A stretch of DNA of 64,000 nt from Nitrospirota bacterium (GTDB lineage Bacteria; Nitrospirota; UBA9217). The notes below the pieces were generated by a model. That model was not told the origin of the DNA. It worked only from the letters and a program-made list of their open reading frames with translations, and searched no databases. The stretch spans positions 106,177 to 170,176 of the forward strand of contig CAVVOB010000016.1 in the NCBI GenBank assembly GCA_963749655.1. Direction: 5' to 3'. The translations under genes were made by a program, and so were the position numbers. Positions 9,653 through 21,236 of the stretch are shown one piece after another. How positions within the stretch are numbered: the first letter of the stretch is position 1; every line of letters starts with the position of its first letter.

Positions 9653-10132
9653 TCACGGCACCACCTCGATGAAACCGTCCATGCCCCGGTCCTTGTGGCT
9701 CTTGAACCACAGGAGCTTCTTGTCGCAGAACATCTCGTATTTTCCGGCGCGCGTCGGCGTGAAGGTGAACGTTTTCCAGTCGTCGCTCAGGCCGGCCTTG
9801 ATGTTCATACCCGCCTCAGGCGCATTGATCACGAAATCGTGGGGCACGATACCGGAGGTCTTCTTGACCTTCAATTCGACGGGCGTGTTCAGCCTTATGA
9901 CGATGTAGTTGGGATCGAAATAGTATTCTCCGGCCGTGATCTCGACATGCTGCACGTTGTCCTGGCCGGCCACGGCGACATACCGTTTTTCACCCCCTGC
10001 GCCCGCGCCTCCCTGCACGATCGACGCACCGACAGGCGCGGTTGTCTCCGTCTTGATCTCCTGGCCGTAGACGCTCGTCCCGGCTGCAAGGAGCAGGATC
10101 AGGATAAAAGGCAAATATTTTCCGTATTTCAT
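9653..10132 (-). CDS. Exported cupredoxin-domain protein
   Basis: Signal peptide; YYFDPNYIV; HDF...GKYEMFCDKKLLWFKSHKDRGM supplies His/Cys/His/Met type-1 copper ligands. Confidence 0.85.
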   Translation of the reverse strand: MKYGKYLPFILILLLAAGTSVYGQEIKTETTAPVGASIVQGGAGAGGEKRYVAVAGQDNVQHVEITAGEYYFDPNYIVIRLNTPVELKVKKTSGIVPHDFVINAPEAGMNIKAGLSDDWKTFTFTPTRAGKYEMFCDKKLLWFKSHKDRGMDGFIEVVP

Positions 10133-10267
10133 AATTCCTCCCCGGGCTGCTGCGATATTCTTTTGCCCTGTTCTCATTATAGCGCCTGTGCAGGGGGCCA
10201 TGGTCCGCTCTCTTCTGCGCTGCACCCGAATGCTTCGCAAAGACAGGGTATCCGATCAAAAGGCTTT

Positions 10268-10296
10268 TTGACAAACGAAGCGGAATCAGTGATAAT
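10268..10296 (+). promoter_or_regulatory. Sigma70-type promoter of phoBR
   Basis: TTGACA-17 bp-GATAAT, 30 bp upstream of the phoB ATG. Confidence 0.6.
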
Positions 10297-10325
10297 ATCC
10301 GGGACGAGGCCGAAGCAGGAGATCC

Positions 10326-11030
10326 ATGACTTCGATCAGCGCACAAGCCAAACGGATACTGGTCATCGACGACGAACCCGACCTCGTCGAGCTTCTCTCG
10401 TACAACCTCGGGAAGGCCGGGTTCAGGGTCAGGACGGTCCCGGACGGCGAAGAGGCCCTCCAGGCGATCAAGTCCGAAACCTTCGACCTCATCATCCTCG
10501 ACCTCATGCTTCCCGGCCTCCAGGGAAACGAGATCTGCCGCATCCTGAAAAGGAATCCGAAAACCGCCGCCCTTCCCATCATCATGGTGACCGCAAAGGG
10601 CGAGTTGGCGGACAGGATCGAGGGTCTGGAAACAGGCGCCGATGATTACCTGACCAAGCCTTTCAGCCCCCGGGAGCTCATTGCGCGCATTAGGGCGGTC
10701 CTGAGAAGAACAACGGATAAGACGCCTTCCGGTGCGGTCCTCCGGATCGGTTCGCTCTCCATTGACCGGGAGCGTTACAGCGTTACCAAGGGCGAAACGC
10801 CGGTCCAACTGAGCGCCACGGAATACCAGCTGCTCCTCTATCTCGTCGAACACCGCGGCAAGGTCTTCAGCCGCGACCAGCTTCTCGACGCTGTCTGGCA
10901 TGATGAATCCTTCGTGGAACCGAGGACCGTCGATGTTCATATCCGAAGGCTCCGCGCCAGGATCGAGGACGATCCTTCCGAGCCGGCCTATATCAAGACC
11001 AGGAGGGGCGTGGGCTACTATGTCGAATGA
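10326..11030 (+). CDS. phoB: PhoB/OmpR-family response regulator
   Basis: REC domain (VIDDE, LDLMLP, GADDYLTKPFS) plus winged helix (RTVDVHIRRLR, TRRGVGY); next to the pst operon. Confidence 0.9.
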   Translation: MTSISAQAKRILVIDDEPDLVELLSYNLGKAGFRVRTVPDGEEALQAIKSETFDLIILDLMLPGLQGNEICRILKRNPKTAALPIIMVTAKGELADRIEGLETGADDYLTKPFSPRELIARIRAVLRRTTDKTPSGAVLRIGSLSIDRERYSVTKGETPVQLSATEYQLLLYLVEHRGKVFSRDQLLDAVWHDESFVEPRTVDVHIRRLRARIEDDPSEPAYIKTRRGVGYYVE

Positions 11031-12783
11031 TTCAGGAAAAAAGCGCGGTCTCTTCCGTCGAATCTTCTTCCTCTACGGCTTCATCCTGGTCCTCGCCGTT
11101 GTCACGGTGGAACTTTACATAACCAACGCCGTAAAAGAAAACACTATCGAGGGCCTTGTGCAGAACCTGGCAGTCCAGGCGAGATTGATTTCCGGCGCCA
11201 TCCCCTTCGCCGCCTCTTCCCCCCTCGACGAAGCATGCCGCAAATTCAAGGAAACGACGAACGCGCGGGTGACCGTCATCTCCCTCGAAGGAAAGGTGCT
11301 CGGCGACTCGGACACCGACTCCCGTCTCATGGACAACCATGCCCACCGTCAGGAGGTCCAGCAGGCCGCGCTCTACGGGACCGGCGATTCCATCCGCTTC
11401 AGCGATACGCTGAAATATGATCTTCTGTACGTTGCCGAACGAATCATGAGAGGAGACCAACCCGCGGGCTACGTTCGGCTGAGCGTGCCCCTCAGGTCCG
11501 TCGACCATGCTGTAAACCTGATCAGGCTGAAGATCATCGCCATGGTCGTCGCGGCGCTGCTCGCGGCAGGCGCCTTTTCCCTCTGGCAGCTCGACCGGCT
11601 GCGCAGACTGACCGTGCAGATCCGCGATTTCTCCCGCGATCCTGGCCCGCGGGGAGTTCGGCAGGAAGCTCTATCTCGAAGGGGCCAGCGAGTTCGACGA
11701 GATCGCCGAAAGCCTGAATGCAATGTCCGGGGACCTGAAAAGGAGCATCGCCGCGAGCGAGGAGGAGAAACACCGGCTGAATGTGATCCTCCAGAGCATC
11801 CCCGATTCGCTGTTCATCCTCGACGCGGGAGGCGCCATCGCGCTCTCCAGCCTCGCGTCCAGAAAAACCTTCGGCGAGGCCGCCCTCGCGGGGAGGCCCT
11901 TTATCGAGGTGGTCCGGAATACGCGAGTTTCTGTCGCTCATGGACGAGGTGCGGCATGTCCGCCAGGCCCGCGTGGCCGAAGCTCCGGATAGACTCGCCG
12001 CCTGGAGCACCACTACGTTGTCCACCTGTCCCCTCTTTCCTACAGCGAGCGCGAGCTGTCGGGCTTCGTGGCTGTTTTCCATGACATTACGCAGCTCAAG
12101 AAGCTGGAACAGGCGAGAAAGGATTTCGTCGCGAACATCTCCCATGAGATCAAGACGCCGATCACGGCCATCATGGGATTTGCCGAGACCCTGCTCGAAG
12201 GCGCGCTCGACGACCGGCCCCATGCCGAAAAATTCCTGGAGACCATCAGGCTGAACAGTGAACGGATCAACAGCCTGGTGGACGACCTCATGACGATATC
12301 GAAAATCGAGCTGGGCGTTATCAAGGTCGAGAAGGCACCGCTGATCGCACGGCAGGTGCTGCAGCAGGTCGTCGACACGCTCGGCAAGAAGGCTTCGATA
12401 AAGAGCCTGGCCCTTTCACTGGACCTCCAGGCGGGCCCCGTTGAGATCGAGGCGGACAGGGACCGCCTGCTCCAGATCGTGACCAACCTCGTGGACAACG
12501 CGATCAAGTTCACGGAACAGGGCAGCGTCACCATCGGCATGTCGACCGAAGGCGGCAGGCCCCTGCTTGTATGTGGAGGACACCGGCATCGGCATTGCCC
12601 GGAAGCACCTGCCGCGCATCGGGGAGCGGTTCTACCGTGTCGACCCCGGCCGGTCACGGAACATGGGGGGAACGGGGCTCGGGCCTCGCGATCGCAAAAC
12701 ATCTCGTCAAGGCCCATGGATGGGAAATGGAGATCGAAAGCACCCAGGGCAAAGGGACGAAGGTCAAGATCTTTATGGGCTGA
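11020..12783 (+). CDS. phoR: PhoR-like sensor histidine kinase (frameshifted)
   Basis: Two [12 protein letters not shown] periplasmic motif, HAMP/PAS fragments, [41 protein letters not shown], spread over several frames. Confidence 0.88.
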
Positions 12784-12843
12784 GAACAGGTCAGAGAGAT
12801 CTGCCTGTCCTTGTCATTTGAACTGCACGAATACAACCGCGCT

Positions 12844-13413
12844 TTACACCCACCTTACTTTCGGCTCTTTCTTCGGCGGTCGTGGGGTCTCGCCCCGGGG
12901 ATAGCCGAGCAGAATGGGGCCGAAGATCGACTCATCATCCTTCAGTTCAAGCAGTTTCCTTGCTTCCCCGTCTTCGAGCACCATGGCTCCGAAACCGACC
13001 CAGCAGCTGCCGAGCCCCAGCGAATGGGCCGCGAGCATCATGTTCTCGCACGCCAGGGGGCAGGAGTGCGCCGCATACCGGCCGCTGCCGATGACGAACA
13101 CGATCGCGGGGGCCGAATAGTACACCGGGTCCGGCAGCTCGGTCTGTCGCTTCTTGATGGATTCATACCGCTCAGGGTCCACGTCCTTGATTGACTCGAG
13201 GATCTTCCTTGCCTGGGGCAGGGCCGCGCTGATCAGCTTTCTCTTCGCCTCATTGTCCTCGACCACGACGAATCGCCAGGGCTGGCTGTTCATGGCCGAA
13301 GGGGCTTCGTTTCCCGCATCGATCACGGCCTTAAGGACTTCCCGGGGGACCGGCTTCGCCTCGTATGCCCGTATTGACCGCCTCTTCCTGATTACTTCAA
13401 TCACCTCGTTCAA
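12844..13413 (-). CDS. Nitroreductase family protein
   Basis: RRSIRAY, APSAMNSQPWRFVVV, NMMLAAHSLGLGSCWVG. Confidence 0.92.
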   Translation of the reverse strand: MNEVIEVIRKRRSIRAYEAKPVPREVLKAVIDAGNEAPSAMNSQPWRFVVVEDNEAKRKLISAALPQARKILESIKDVDPERYESIKKRQTELPDPVYYSAPAIVFVIGSGRYAAHSCPLACENMMLAAHSLGLGSCWVGFGAMVLEDGEARKLLELKDDESIFGPILLGYPRGETPRPPKKEPKVRWV

Positions 13414-13490
13414 GGGTTCCTCCTTAAAATTTCCATGATGACATCTCCCCGGACTATATCATAAAATCGCGGTCTCGTGCAGGACCTGCC

Positions 13491-13546
13491 CTGTCACACA
13501 ATTTTCACCGGCTTGTAATATTCCTGTAACAATCCTCCTGTATAAA
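13491..13546 (+). promoter_or_regulatory. Pho box (four 11-bp direct repeats) and -10 element upstream of pstS
   Basis: CTGTCACACAA/TTTTCACCGGC/TTGTAATATTC/CTGTAACAATC in 11-bp register, then TATAAA at 13541; matches the PhoB CTGTCAT-N4 architecture. Confidence 0.8.
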
Positions 13547-13582
13547 GAAACCATGATAAAATCAAAGGAGGAATCAATAACT

Positions 13583-14599
13583 ATGATAAAGACGACAGTA
13601 ACAATCCTCATCGGCTTTGCGGTCCTGCTGTCAGGGACCGTACATGCTGCGGACATGCTGAACGGCGCAGGAGCCACGTTCCCGGACCCCCTCTACTCCG
13701 CTTGGGCGTACGAATACAGCAAGGTCTCGGGCATACAGCTCAATTACCAGTCCGTCGGATCCGGCGGCGGACAGCGTCAGATCGCGGAGCGCACCGTTGA
13801 TTTCGGCGCTTCCGACGACCCGCTCTCTTCCGACAAGCTGGCCAAGGACAACCTCATCCAGTTCCCCACCGTGGTCGGCGGCATCACGCCGGTCGTCAAT
13901 ATCCCGGGGACCCGGACAGGCGGAGCTCAGGCTTGACGCAGCGACCCACTGCGGGATCTTCCTGGGCGAGATCAAGTTCTGGGACGACAGCCGGATCAAA
14001 GGCGCTGAACCCCAAGACTGAACGCTGCCGCACAAGGACATCACCGTGGTGCACCGCTCTGACGGCTCGGGCACGACCGCCATCTTTACCCACTATCTCG
14101 CCGAAACCTGCTCTGCCTGGAAGGACAAGGTGGGAGAAGGGAAATCAGTGTCCTGGCCCATAGGCATCGGCGGCAAGGGCAACGAAGGTGTGGCCAACTA
14201 TGTGAAGCAGACGCCCTACTCAATCGGATACGTTGAATACGCCTACGCAAAGCAGAACAACCTTGTGTCCGTCACCATGAAGAACGCGGCCGGGAACTTC
14301 GTCGAGCCTTCGCTCAAGACCTTCTCGAACGCGGCGGAGACCGGTTATTTTGACCCGAAGAAGGACTTCGCAGGTCTGGCTCACCAACTCTCCGGGAAAA
14401 ACCTCGTGGCCCATCGCAGGAGCGACCTTCATTCTCCTGGCCCGGGACAAGAAGGATCCCAGCGTGAAGACGGTCAAATTCTTCGATTGGGCGTTCAAGA
14501 ACGGCGACGCCACTGCCAGGAACCTGGTCTACATTCCCCTGCCGAAGCCGTTAAAGGACAAGGTCAGGGCTTACTGGAAGAGCGAAGGGAGTTTACTAA
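13583..14599 (+). CDS. pstS: Phosphate ABC transporter substrate-binding protein PstS (frameshifted)
   Basis: [61 protein letters not shown]; RBS AAGGAGG. End approximate. Confidence 0.92.
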
Positions 14600-14809
14600 A
14601 AGATAAAGAGCAGAAAAGATATTTTCCGCGAAGCCGCAAAGGACGTCAGGAAAGACTCAAATCTTTGCGACTCCTTCGCGACCTTTCGCGTCTTTGCGAC
14701 TCAAGGATGTCTATTCAGGCTTGTACGGGCTAATAGATACAAGAAGTGTTTCGTTTGTTCAAGCGGCAGCTTTGGGACGGCAATAGAAACAGACTGAGGA
14801 CCAGACTCC

Positions 14810-15871
14810 GTGGCGATATACTCCCAAAAGAAACATCCTTGACCGGACCTTTTCGGCGGTCACGGCCCTGGCATCGCTCTCGATCCTGTTCATCATCATC
14901 GGGATCTTCTGGGTGCTCGCCTATGGAATCGTGGCTCGCCATCAGCAGGTTCGGCGTTGCCAATTTCCTCTTGTCAACGGAGTGGAACCCGGTCAAGGAG
15001 ATCTTCGGCGCGGCAACGAACATTTACGGGACCTTCGTCACGACCGTCCTTGCCCTCGTCTTTGCCGTGCCCACGGCGATCGGCATCGCCGTCTTTGTCA
15101 CGGAAGTGGCGCCGAACTTTCTCAAGGGACCCATCGGCATCGCCATCGAGCTGCTGGCCGCGATCCCGAGCATCATCTACGGCATGTGGGGCCTGTTCAC
15201 CCTTGCGCCGCTCATGAGCAAATACATCGAACCGGCGCTCCAGAACACGGTCGGCAAGCTTCCGGTGCTAAGCATTCCTGTTCCGGGGCACGCCGCTCGG
15301 CATCGACATCCTGACGGCGAGCGTGATCCTCTCGATCATGATCATCCCCTTCACGGCGAGCATCGCGCGGGACTCCTTCAATCTCACGCCGTCGGTGGTC
15401 AAGGAGTCCGCCTATGCAGTCGGCGCGACGCAGTGGGAGGTCGTCAAGAACGTCGTATTCCCCTATTCCAAGCTCGGCGTGTTCGGCGGCGTGGTGCTGT
15501 CGCTCGGCAGGGCGCTCGGCGAGACCATGGCCGTGGCCTTTGTGCTCGGGAACAGCCACAGGATCGCGACATCGTTCTTCGACGCAGCAGCGACGATCAC
15601 GGTCACCCTGGCGAACGAGTTCACGGAAGCGGACAGCGACATCTATCTTTCATCGCTTTTCTATCTGGCGCTGGTCCTGTTCGCCCTGAGTTTCATTACC
15701 CTGGCGATGGCGAAACTCTTTTTGATCAGGGCGGAGAGGAAGTATTCAGAGGTAAAAGAATTGCGGATCTCGAGAATGCGGAATGCCGGAAATTTCGGAA
15801 TACGAAGAGCGGACTCAACTGTGCTCTGCGTCTCAGCGGTTAAAGATCGCGCTGTACAGTCCGCAATTTGA
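14810..15871 (+). CDS. pstC: Phosphate ABC transporter permease PstC (frameshifted)
   Basis: IELLAAIPSIIYGMWGLF, ESAYAVGATQWEV, LGRALGETMAV, LANEFTEA. Ends approximate. Confidence 0.9.
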
Positions 15872-15878
15872 TACAGCT

Positions 15879-16725
15879 ATGACACACGAACAAAAAACGA
15901 AAAATTGAAAGTTTCGCACGCCCTGACCCTGAGCAGCCTCGCTGCCCTGGCGGGCCTGTTCTGGCTCGTCTTCATCCTGGGCGATGTGCTGGTCCACGGG
16001 ATCGGCGCGCTCAACCTCGGACTCTTCTTCAACGATCCCGTGCCCGCCGGCATGGATGGCGGAGGGCTCAGGAACGCCTTTCTCGGCCAGTTGATGATCA
16101 CGATCTGCGCAACGCTGATCGGCGTTCCCGTCGGCGTCCTCGGCGGGACCTTCCTCGCCGAGTACGCGCGGCGGACGCGGTATGCGCGCGTGATCAGCGT
16201 CCTGGCCGACATCATCGTGAGCGTGCCCTCCATCGTCATCGGCACATTCATCTATGCCCTGCTGGTCCGGCCCTTCGGTCACTTCAGCGGGTGGGCCGGT
16301 GCGATCGCCCTTTCTCTGATCATGATACCGGTCGTGCTCAGGACGACCGAAGACATGCTGTCCATGGTGCCCTGGACGCTGCGGGAGGCCGCCTTTGCCC
16401 TCGGCGCGCCGTACTACAAGGTGATCGTCCAGGTCGTCTACCGCGGGGCGGCGACAGGCATCCTGACCGGCGTCCTGCTGTCCATCGCCCGCGTCGCCGG
16501 CGAGACCGCTCCCCTGCATGTTCACGTCCTTCAACAACAACTTCTTTTCCTGGGACATGAACCGGCCCATCGCGTCGCTGACCGTCACGATCTTTCAGTA
16601 CGCCATGGGCCCCTACGACAGCTGGCACCAGCAGGCGTGGGCCGCGGCGTTCGTGGTCACGCTGTTCATCCTCGGCGCTGACGCTCACGGGCAGGCTCAT
16701 CCTTAAGTGGAGGTACAAGCGTTGA
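15879..16725 (+). CDS. pstA: Phosphate ABC transporter permease PstA (frameshifted)
   Basis: GGGLRNA, VPSIVIG, LREAAFALGAP, ARVAGETAPL, QQAWAAA. Confidence 0.9.
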
Positions 16726-17488
16726 CGCAGCAAGTCGAATTCGAGGTCAAAAACCTTGATTTCTATCTACAACGGGAACATACAGGCGCTGCAGGAGATC
16801 ATCCTACCGATCTACAAGTACGACGTCACCGCGCTGATCGGGCCGTCGGGCTGCGGCAAGACCACGCTCCTGCGGTGTTTCAACCGCATGCACGACCTGT
16901 ATCCGAAGCACCGGTACGACGGCGAGATCATCTTTCAGGGCAACAACATCCTGGCCGACGACGTGGACCTCATCAACCTCCGGAGCCGCATCGGCATGGT
17001 TTTCCAGAAGCCGACGCCCTTTCCCATGTCCATTGCCGAGAACATCGCCTACGGCCTGCGGCTCAAGGGGATCAGGAACAAATCGGAGCTCACCGACCGG
17101 ATCGAACAGGCGCTCAAGCACGCGGCGCTCTGGGAGGAAGTAAGGGACAAGATGAACGCGAGCGCCTACGACCTGTCGGGAGGACAGCAGCAGCGGCTCG
17201 TGATCGCGCGCGCCCTGGCCGTGGAGCCGGAGGTGCTGCTCTTCGACGAGCCGACGTCGGCCCTGGACCCCATCTCCACGGCCAAGATCGAGGAGCTGGT
17301 CGTGATCTCTGAAGAAGGACGTCACGATCATCATCGTGACGCACAACATGCAGCAGGCCGCCCGCGTGTCGGACATGACGGGGTTCCTGTACATGGGCGA
17401 GCTCATCGAATACGACACTACGGAGAAGATTTTCACGAACCCGGACAAGAAGCAGACCGACGATTATATTACGGGAAGGTTCGGGTAG
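16722..17488 (+). CDS. pstB: Phosphate ABC transporter ATPase PstB (frameshifted)
   Basis: [47 protein letters not shown]-stop; TTG start overlaps the pstA stop. Confidence 0.92.
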
Positions 17489-17621
17489 AAATACAGGGTC
17501 AAGGGGCAAGGGTCAGGGGTCAAGGGAAAACGAAAAGATCCTCAGTCACGGTTCCCTGCCCCCTTTGCTGCTTGCTACTGGACCCTTGACCCTGGACCCC
17601 GCAGTCCCCCAAGGAGACCCT

Positions 17622-18309
17622 ATGGCTAATCAGAAAGAACAGGACCTCGAAAAGATCAAGGAGCACATCCTGAAGATGGGCGCTTTCGTCGAGGAAGCGA
17701 TCCAGAAATCGATCAGGGCGCTGGTCGAGCGCGACCGGGACCTCGCCATCCAGGTGATCGACGGCGACGCCATCGTGAACAACTTCGACGTCGAGATCGA
17801 GGAGGAATGCATCCGGTTCCTCGCCATCTGGAAGCCTTCGGGCAGCAACCTCCGCTTCGTCACCACGGCGATCAAGATCATCACGGACCTTGAGCGCATG
17901 GGCGACCTGGCCGTGGACATCTGCGAACGCTCCATGGAGCTGCTCGACGAACCGCCGCTCAAGCCCTACATCGACATACCCGCGCATGGCCGAGGCTGCG
18001 CAGAAGATGCTGAAGGACAGCCTCGACGCCTTTGTTGCCCGGGATGCCGACCGGGCGCTTACCGTGTGCGAGGCGGACGACTTCGTCGACAATCTGAACC
18101 AGCAGATCTTCAACGAGCTGCTCCTGTACATGCTCAAAGACCCGAAAAACATATCCCGGGCCGTGCGGCTGTCGTATATCACGAAATACCTGGAGCGCGT
18201 CGCAGACCACGCGACCAATATAGCGGAAATGGTCGTCTACCTTGTAAGGGGAAAGGTCATCAGGCACATGGCGTGCGAAGCAATGAGGCAGGACGCGCCC
18301 AAACGGTGA
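17622..18309 (+). CDS. phoU: Phosphate signalling protein PhoU (one frameshift)
   Basis: ITDLERMGDLAVDI and KYLERVADHATNIAE duplicated PhoU motifs. Confidence 0.92.
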
Positions 18310-18346
18310 CGCGAAGGAATATGGCCAAAAGGCTGTGATCCGGCTT

Positions 18347-19244
18347 CTAGAATTTCCAGGTCAATGCCGCGCCGGTAACGCCGGAGTCATCGATCAGGGG
18401 CGTGAAGCTCACGGTGTCCCGGCCGCCCTTGCGGTGATAAGCGACGATCGATTTGCCGGTGAAATATCCGATCGCGGCGCCCACGAACACATCGGAGGCC
18501 CAGTGGGCATTGTGCTGCATACGGTCGTAGCCGGTGATGGCCGCAATGGTGTAGGCGAGCGGTGGGACGACGTAGTTGTCGTATTCCGATGCAATGACCG
18601 AGGCCACGGCAAAAGCCGACGAGGAATGTCCCGAGGGAAACGAATCGTTTGACGAGGACAGGCTCGGACCGCCCCAGGTGTTATAGGGGTCCCCGGTGTA
18701 AGGCCGGTGCCTGCCTGCCGTCCGCTTGATTACCTGAACGAAAACGCCGGTAAGGGCGAAGCTCTCCACGCTGAGCAGCGCAGTCTCGACCGCCTTACCG
18801 TCATCGCTGAAATATCCGTAGCCGTACAATCCTCCCACGATCGCCACGGTCAGATAGCCGCTTCCGACCACGGTGACATTCTTGCCGATATCGTTGCTCG
18901 TCTTGGTCCTGTTGTCCTGCACCCATTTCTGGATCTTGGTGTCATTCTCGTACAGACCCACCGACGCCGCAGTCACCACGGTCGCCGCGATCCAGTCGGT
19001 TTTGTCCCACCGGGCCGGAGAGGTCATGATGTTCCCGAGATCGGTGAAGTATCCCTTGAAATAATCACCGTCCAGTTTCACGGTCTTCGCAGGAGCGGTT
19101 TCCTGGACAGGCTGCGGCGTCTGCGCGGCCTGCTCCGCCTGCGGTGGTGCGGCTTCATTGGCCGGATCGGCAAAGGCGGGAAGAGAACTGGACAGGATCA
19201 AAGAAAGGGACGAGGAATGCGGCCGGGAAAAAACGCTTGGTCAA
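18347..19244 (-). CDS. PAP2 family phosphatase (frameshift near start)
   Basis: KRTAGRHRP, SFPSGH, RMQHNAHWASDV catalytic motifs; probable TTG start at 19244 after AAGGAG. Confidence 0.88.
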
Positions 19245-19502
19245 AGAAACTCTCCTTAGTGATGAATCGGGATGAGAACAATATCTCGCGGAAAGTTGCA
19301 AAGGCGCGAAGTAAGTCCGAACGCTAAACCAGTTCTGCCATGCACGGGCTGATTCAATCATGGATCGGGGCAAAATACGAATGCATCGTTCGGGCTGGTT
19401 CAATCTTATAGATTGAACCCAAACTTGTATGCACAGTTCGCGCAAATTTTAAACGCACCTGCGCGAGTTCATTGCGTTTCACGACTTATCGCGAGGCAGA
19501 TT

Positions 19503-20957
19503 TTACTTCTTCCCGCCGAAGGACCGGCACCACACGAAATCATACGAGTCCACCTTGCCGCCGTGCAGCATGATGTCCATGTGACCGGCGTTTTGCACTG
19601 CCCGGCAGTTCAACTCTTTGGCGACATCGACGCTGTAGGAGTTGCTGTTCAGAAAGAGAATGTCCCTCCCGAGAGGTGATTCGGTCGCCCAGAGTGAATA
19701 CCGTTCCTGACCGCCTCCGATCACGAAGACCGTGCTGCCGTAAGGCAGATCGTAGTAGATCGTACGGCTCGCCTCGGTCCAGTTGGACACTGCAAGGGCC
19801 TTGGAGGTCGAAGGGTCGCGCGCCAGGATATCGTTGGCCCGCTTAAGCACCTCTTTCATGCCGTAGATGTTGCGGAAAGGCGACTTGTAGTCGGGAAACC
19901 GGAAGGCTTTGATCCCCAGCTCCGCCTGGAGAAGAAGGGCTACGATCAGGCTGAAACCGATTGAACCGAGGAGCATTGCTTTTTTCAAGCGCGTGGGCTC
20001 CTCGTTCAGGAACACGACGCCGAGCGGAATGAACAGTGTATAGAAGACCGCGGACCAGTGCGGCAGCGCCAGTTTCAGAAGCGACGCATAGAGGAAGAAC
20101 AGCAGGATCGAGCACCCGATGAGCGTGGACAGGAGCATCACGTCGCCGCGGTTCCTTACAGCCTTGTAGAGTCCGTAAAATGCCAGACAGAACAACGGCG
20201 GGCTGTAGGCCCCGAATTGCGCACCCAGGCCTTTCAGCAGCTCCCCGAACCTCAGCGCCTGTCCGCCGACAATATGGCCGCTCTGGAACCGGAAGCTGAT
20301 AAAGTCATGCTGTACGTTCCAGTAGATCACCGGCGAGATGACGACCAGGGCGACGCCGGCGGTGAGCAGCAGCCTCGGGTTGAACAGGATGTTAAAGCGC
20401 TTTTTGATCAGCCAGTAGAGCACGATCGCGGGCACGAACAGCACAGCTGTATATTTGGCAAGACCGGCAAGGCCCAGCAGCAGCCCCAGGAGCGCAAAGG
20501 TCGCGGCGGCGGGGTCCCGGTCGAGTTTTCTGACGCAATAGATGAGGCCGAACACCAGGGGAAGAAGCAGCGTCTCCGGAAGCAGCATCAGCCCCAGCCC
20601 GCTCAGCAAAAAAGAGCCGTTCAGCGCGGCGGTTGCATAGAGCGCGGATTTTTCTCCTCCCAGGGACAGGGTAAAACGGTAGCAGAGAAATGAGGTCACG
20701 GCGAAGAGGATGATTGCCGGAAGCCGGACCAGGAACTCGTTCGTTCCGAGCGTATAGAAGAACAGCGCGTGGGTCCAGCCCACCAGGGGCGGATGGTCGA
20801 AATAGCTGAAATCGAGGAACCGGGCGTAGAGGACATAGTGCGCCTCGTCGGTGCCGAGGCCGAAGGTGGCGGCAATGGCGAGCCGAACAAGGGTGAAAGC
20901 GGCGATGAGCCAGAGTGCCGCGCGGTTCTCATTGTAGAGACGAAGAAGTGAGGTCAT
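19503..20957 (-). CDS. GT39/ArnT-like membrane glycosyltransferase
   Basis: DEAHY, SYFDHPPLVGW, LAKYT, SPVIYWNVQHDFISF; multiple TM. Confidence 0.88.
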   Translation of the reverse strand: MTSLLRLYNENRAALWLIAAFTLVRLAIAATFGLGTDEAHYVLYARFLDFSYFDHPPLVGWTHALFFYTLGTNEFLVRLPAIILFAVTSFLCYRFTLSLGGEKSALYATAALNGSFLLSGLGLMLLPETLLLPLVFGLIYCVRKLDRDPAAATFALLGLLLGLAGLAKYTAVLFVPAIVLYWLIKKRFNILFNPRLLLTAGVALVVISPVIYWNVQHDFISFRFQSGHIVGGQALRFGELLKGLGAQFGAYSPPLFCLAFYGLYKAVRNRGDVMLLSTLIGCSILLFFLYASLLKLALPHWSAVFYTLFIPLGVVFLNEEPTRLKKAMLLGSIGFSLIVALLLQAELGIKAFRFPDYKSPFRNIYGMKEVLKRANDILARDPSTSKALAVSNWTEASRTIYYDLPYGSTVFVIGGGQERYSLWATESPLGRDILFLNSNSYSVDVAKELNCRAVQNAGHMDIMLHGGKVDSYDFVWCRSFGGKK

Positions 20958-21236
20958 AGGTTTATCGGACAGGGAGGAATTATATACTAAGGAAAAGGCG
21001 AAAAACAAGCGATATTATTTATTGTTTTCGGAGAAAACCTGATTTTTTTGTTGTTTTCTCAGGAATGCCGACATTCCTGACCCTAGGGTTCATACTGATA
21101 GACAACAGATACGTTCGGCAGCATTGACGACATTTATGTGGAACGACAGGCCCATCTATGCTATAGTGCCTCCGTTTCCGCGCGGCTGTTTACGGTTTTT
21201 CTGTTATACCATCGAAAGAAAACAAAACCTGATCCT

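Noticed and set aside
11020-18309. Calling phoR, pstSCAB and phoU pseudogenes
   Set aside because: Motifs and the Pho box are intact, and the indel pattern fits sequencing error better.
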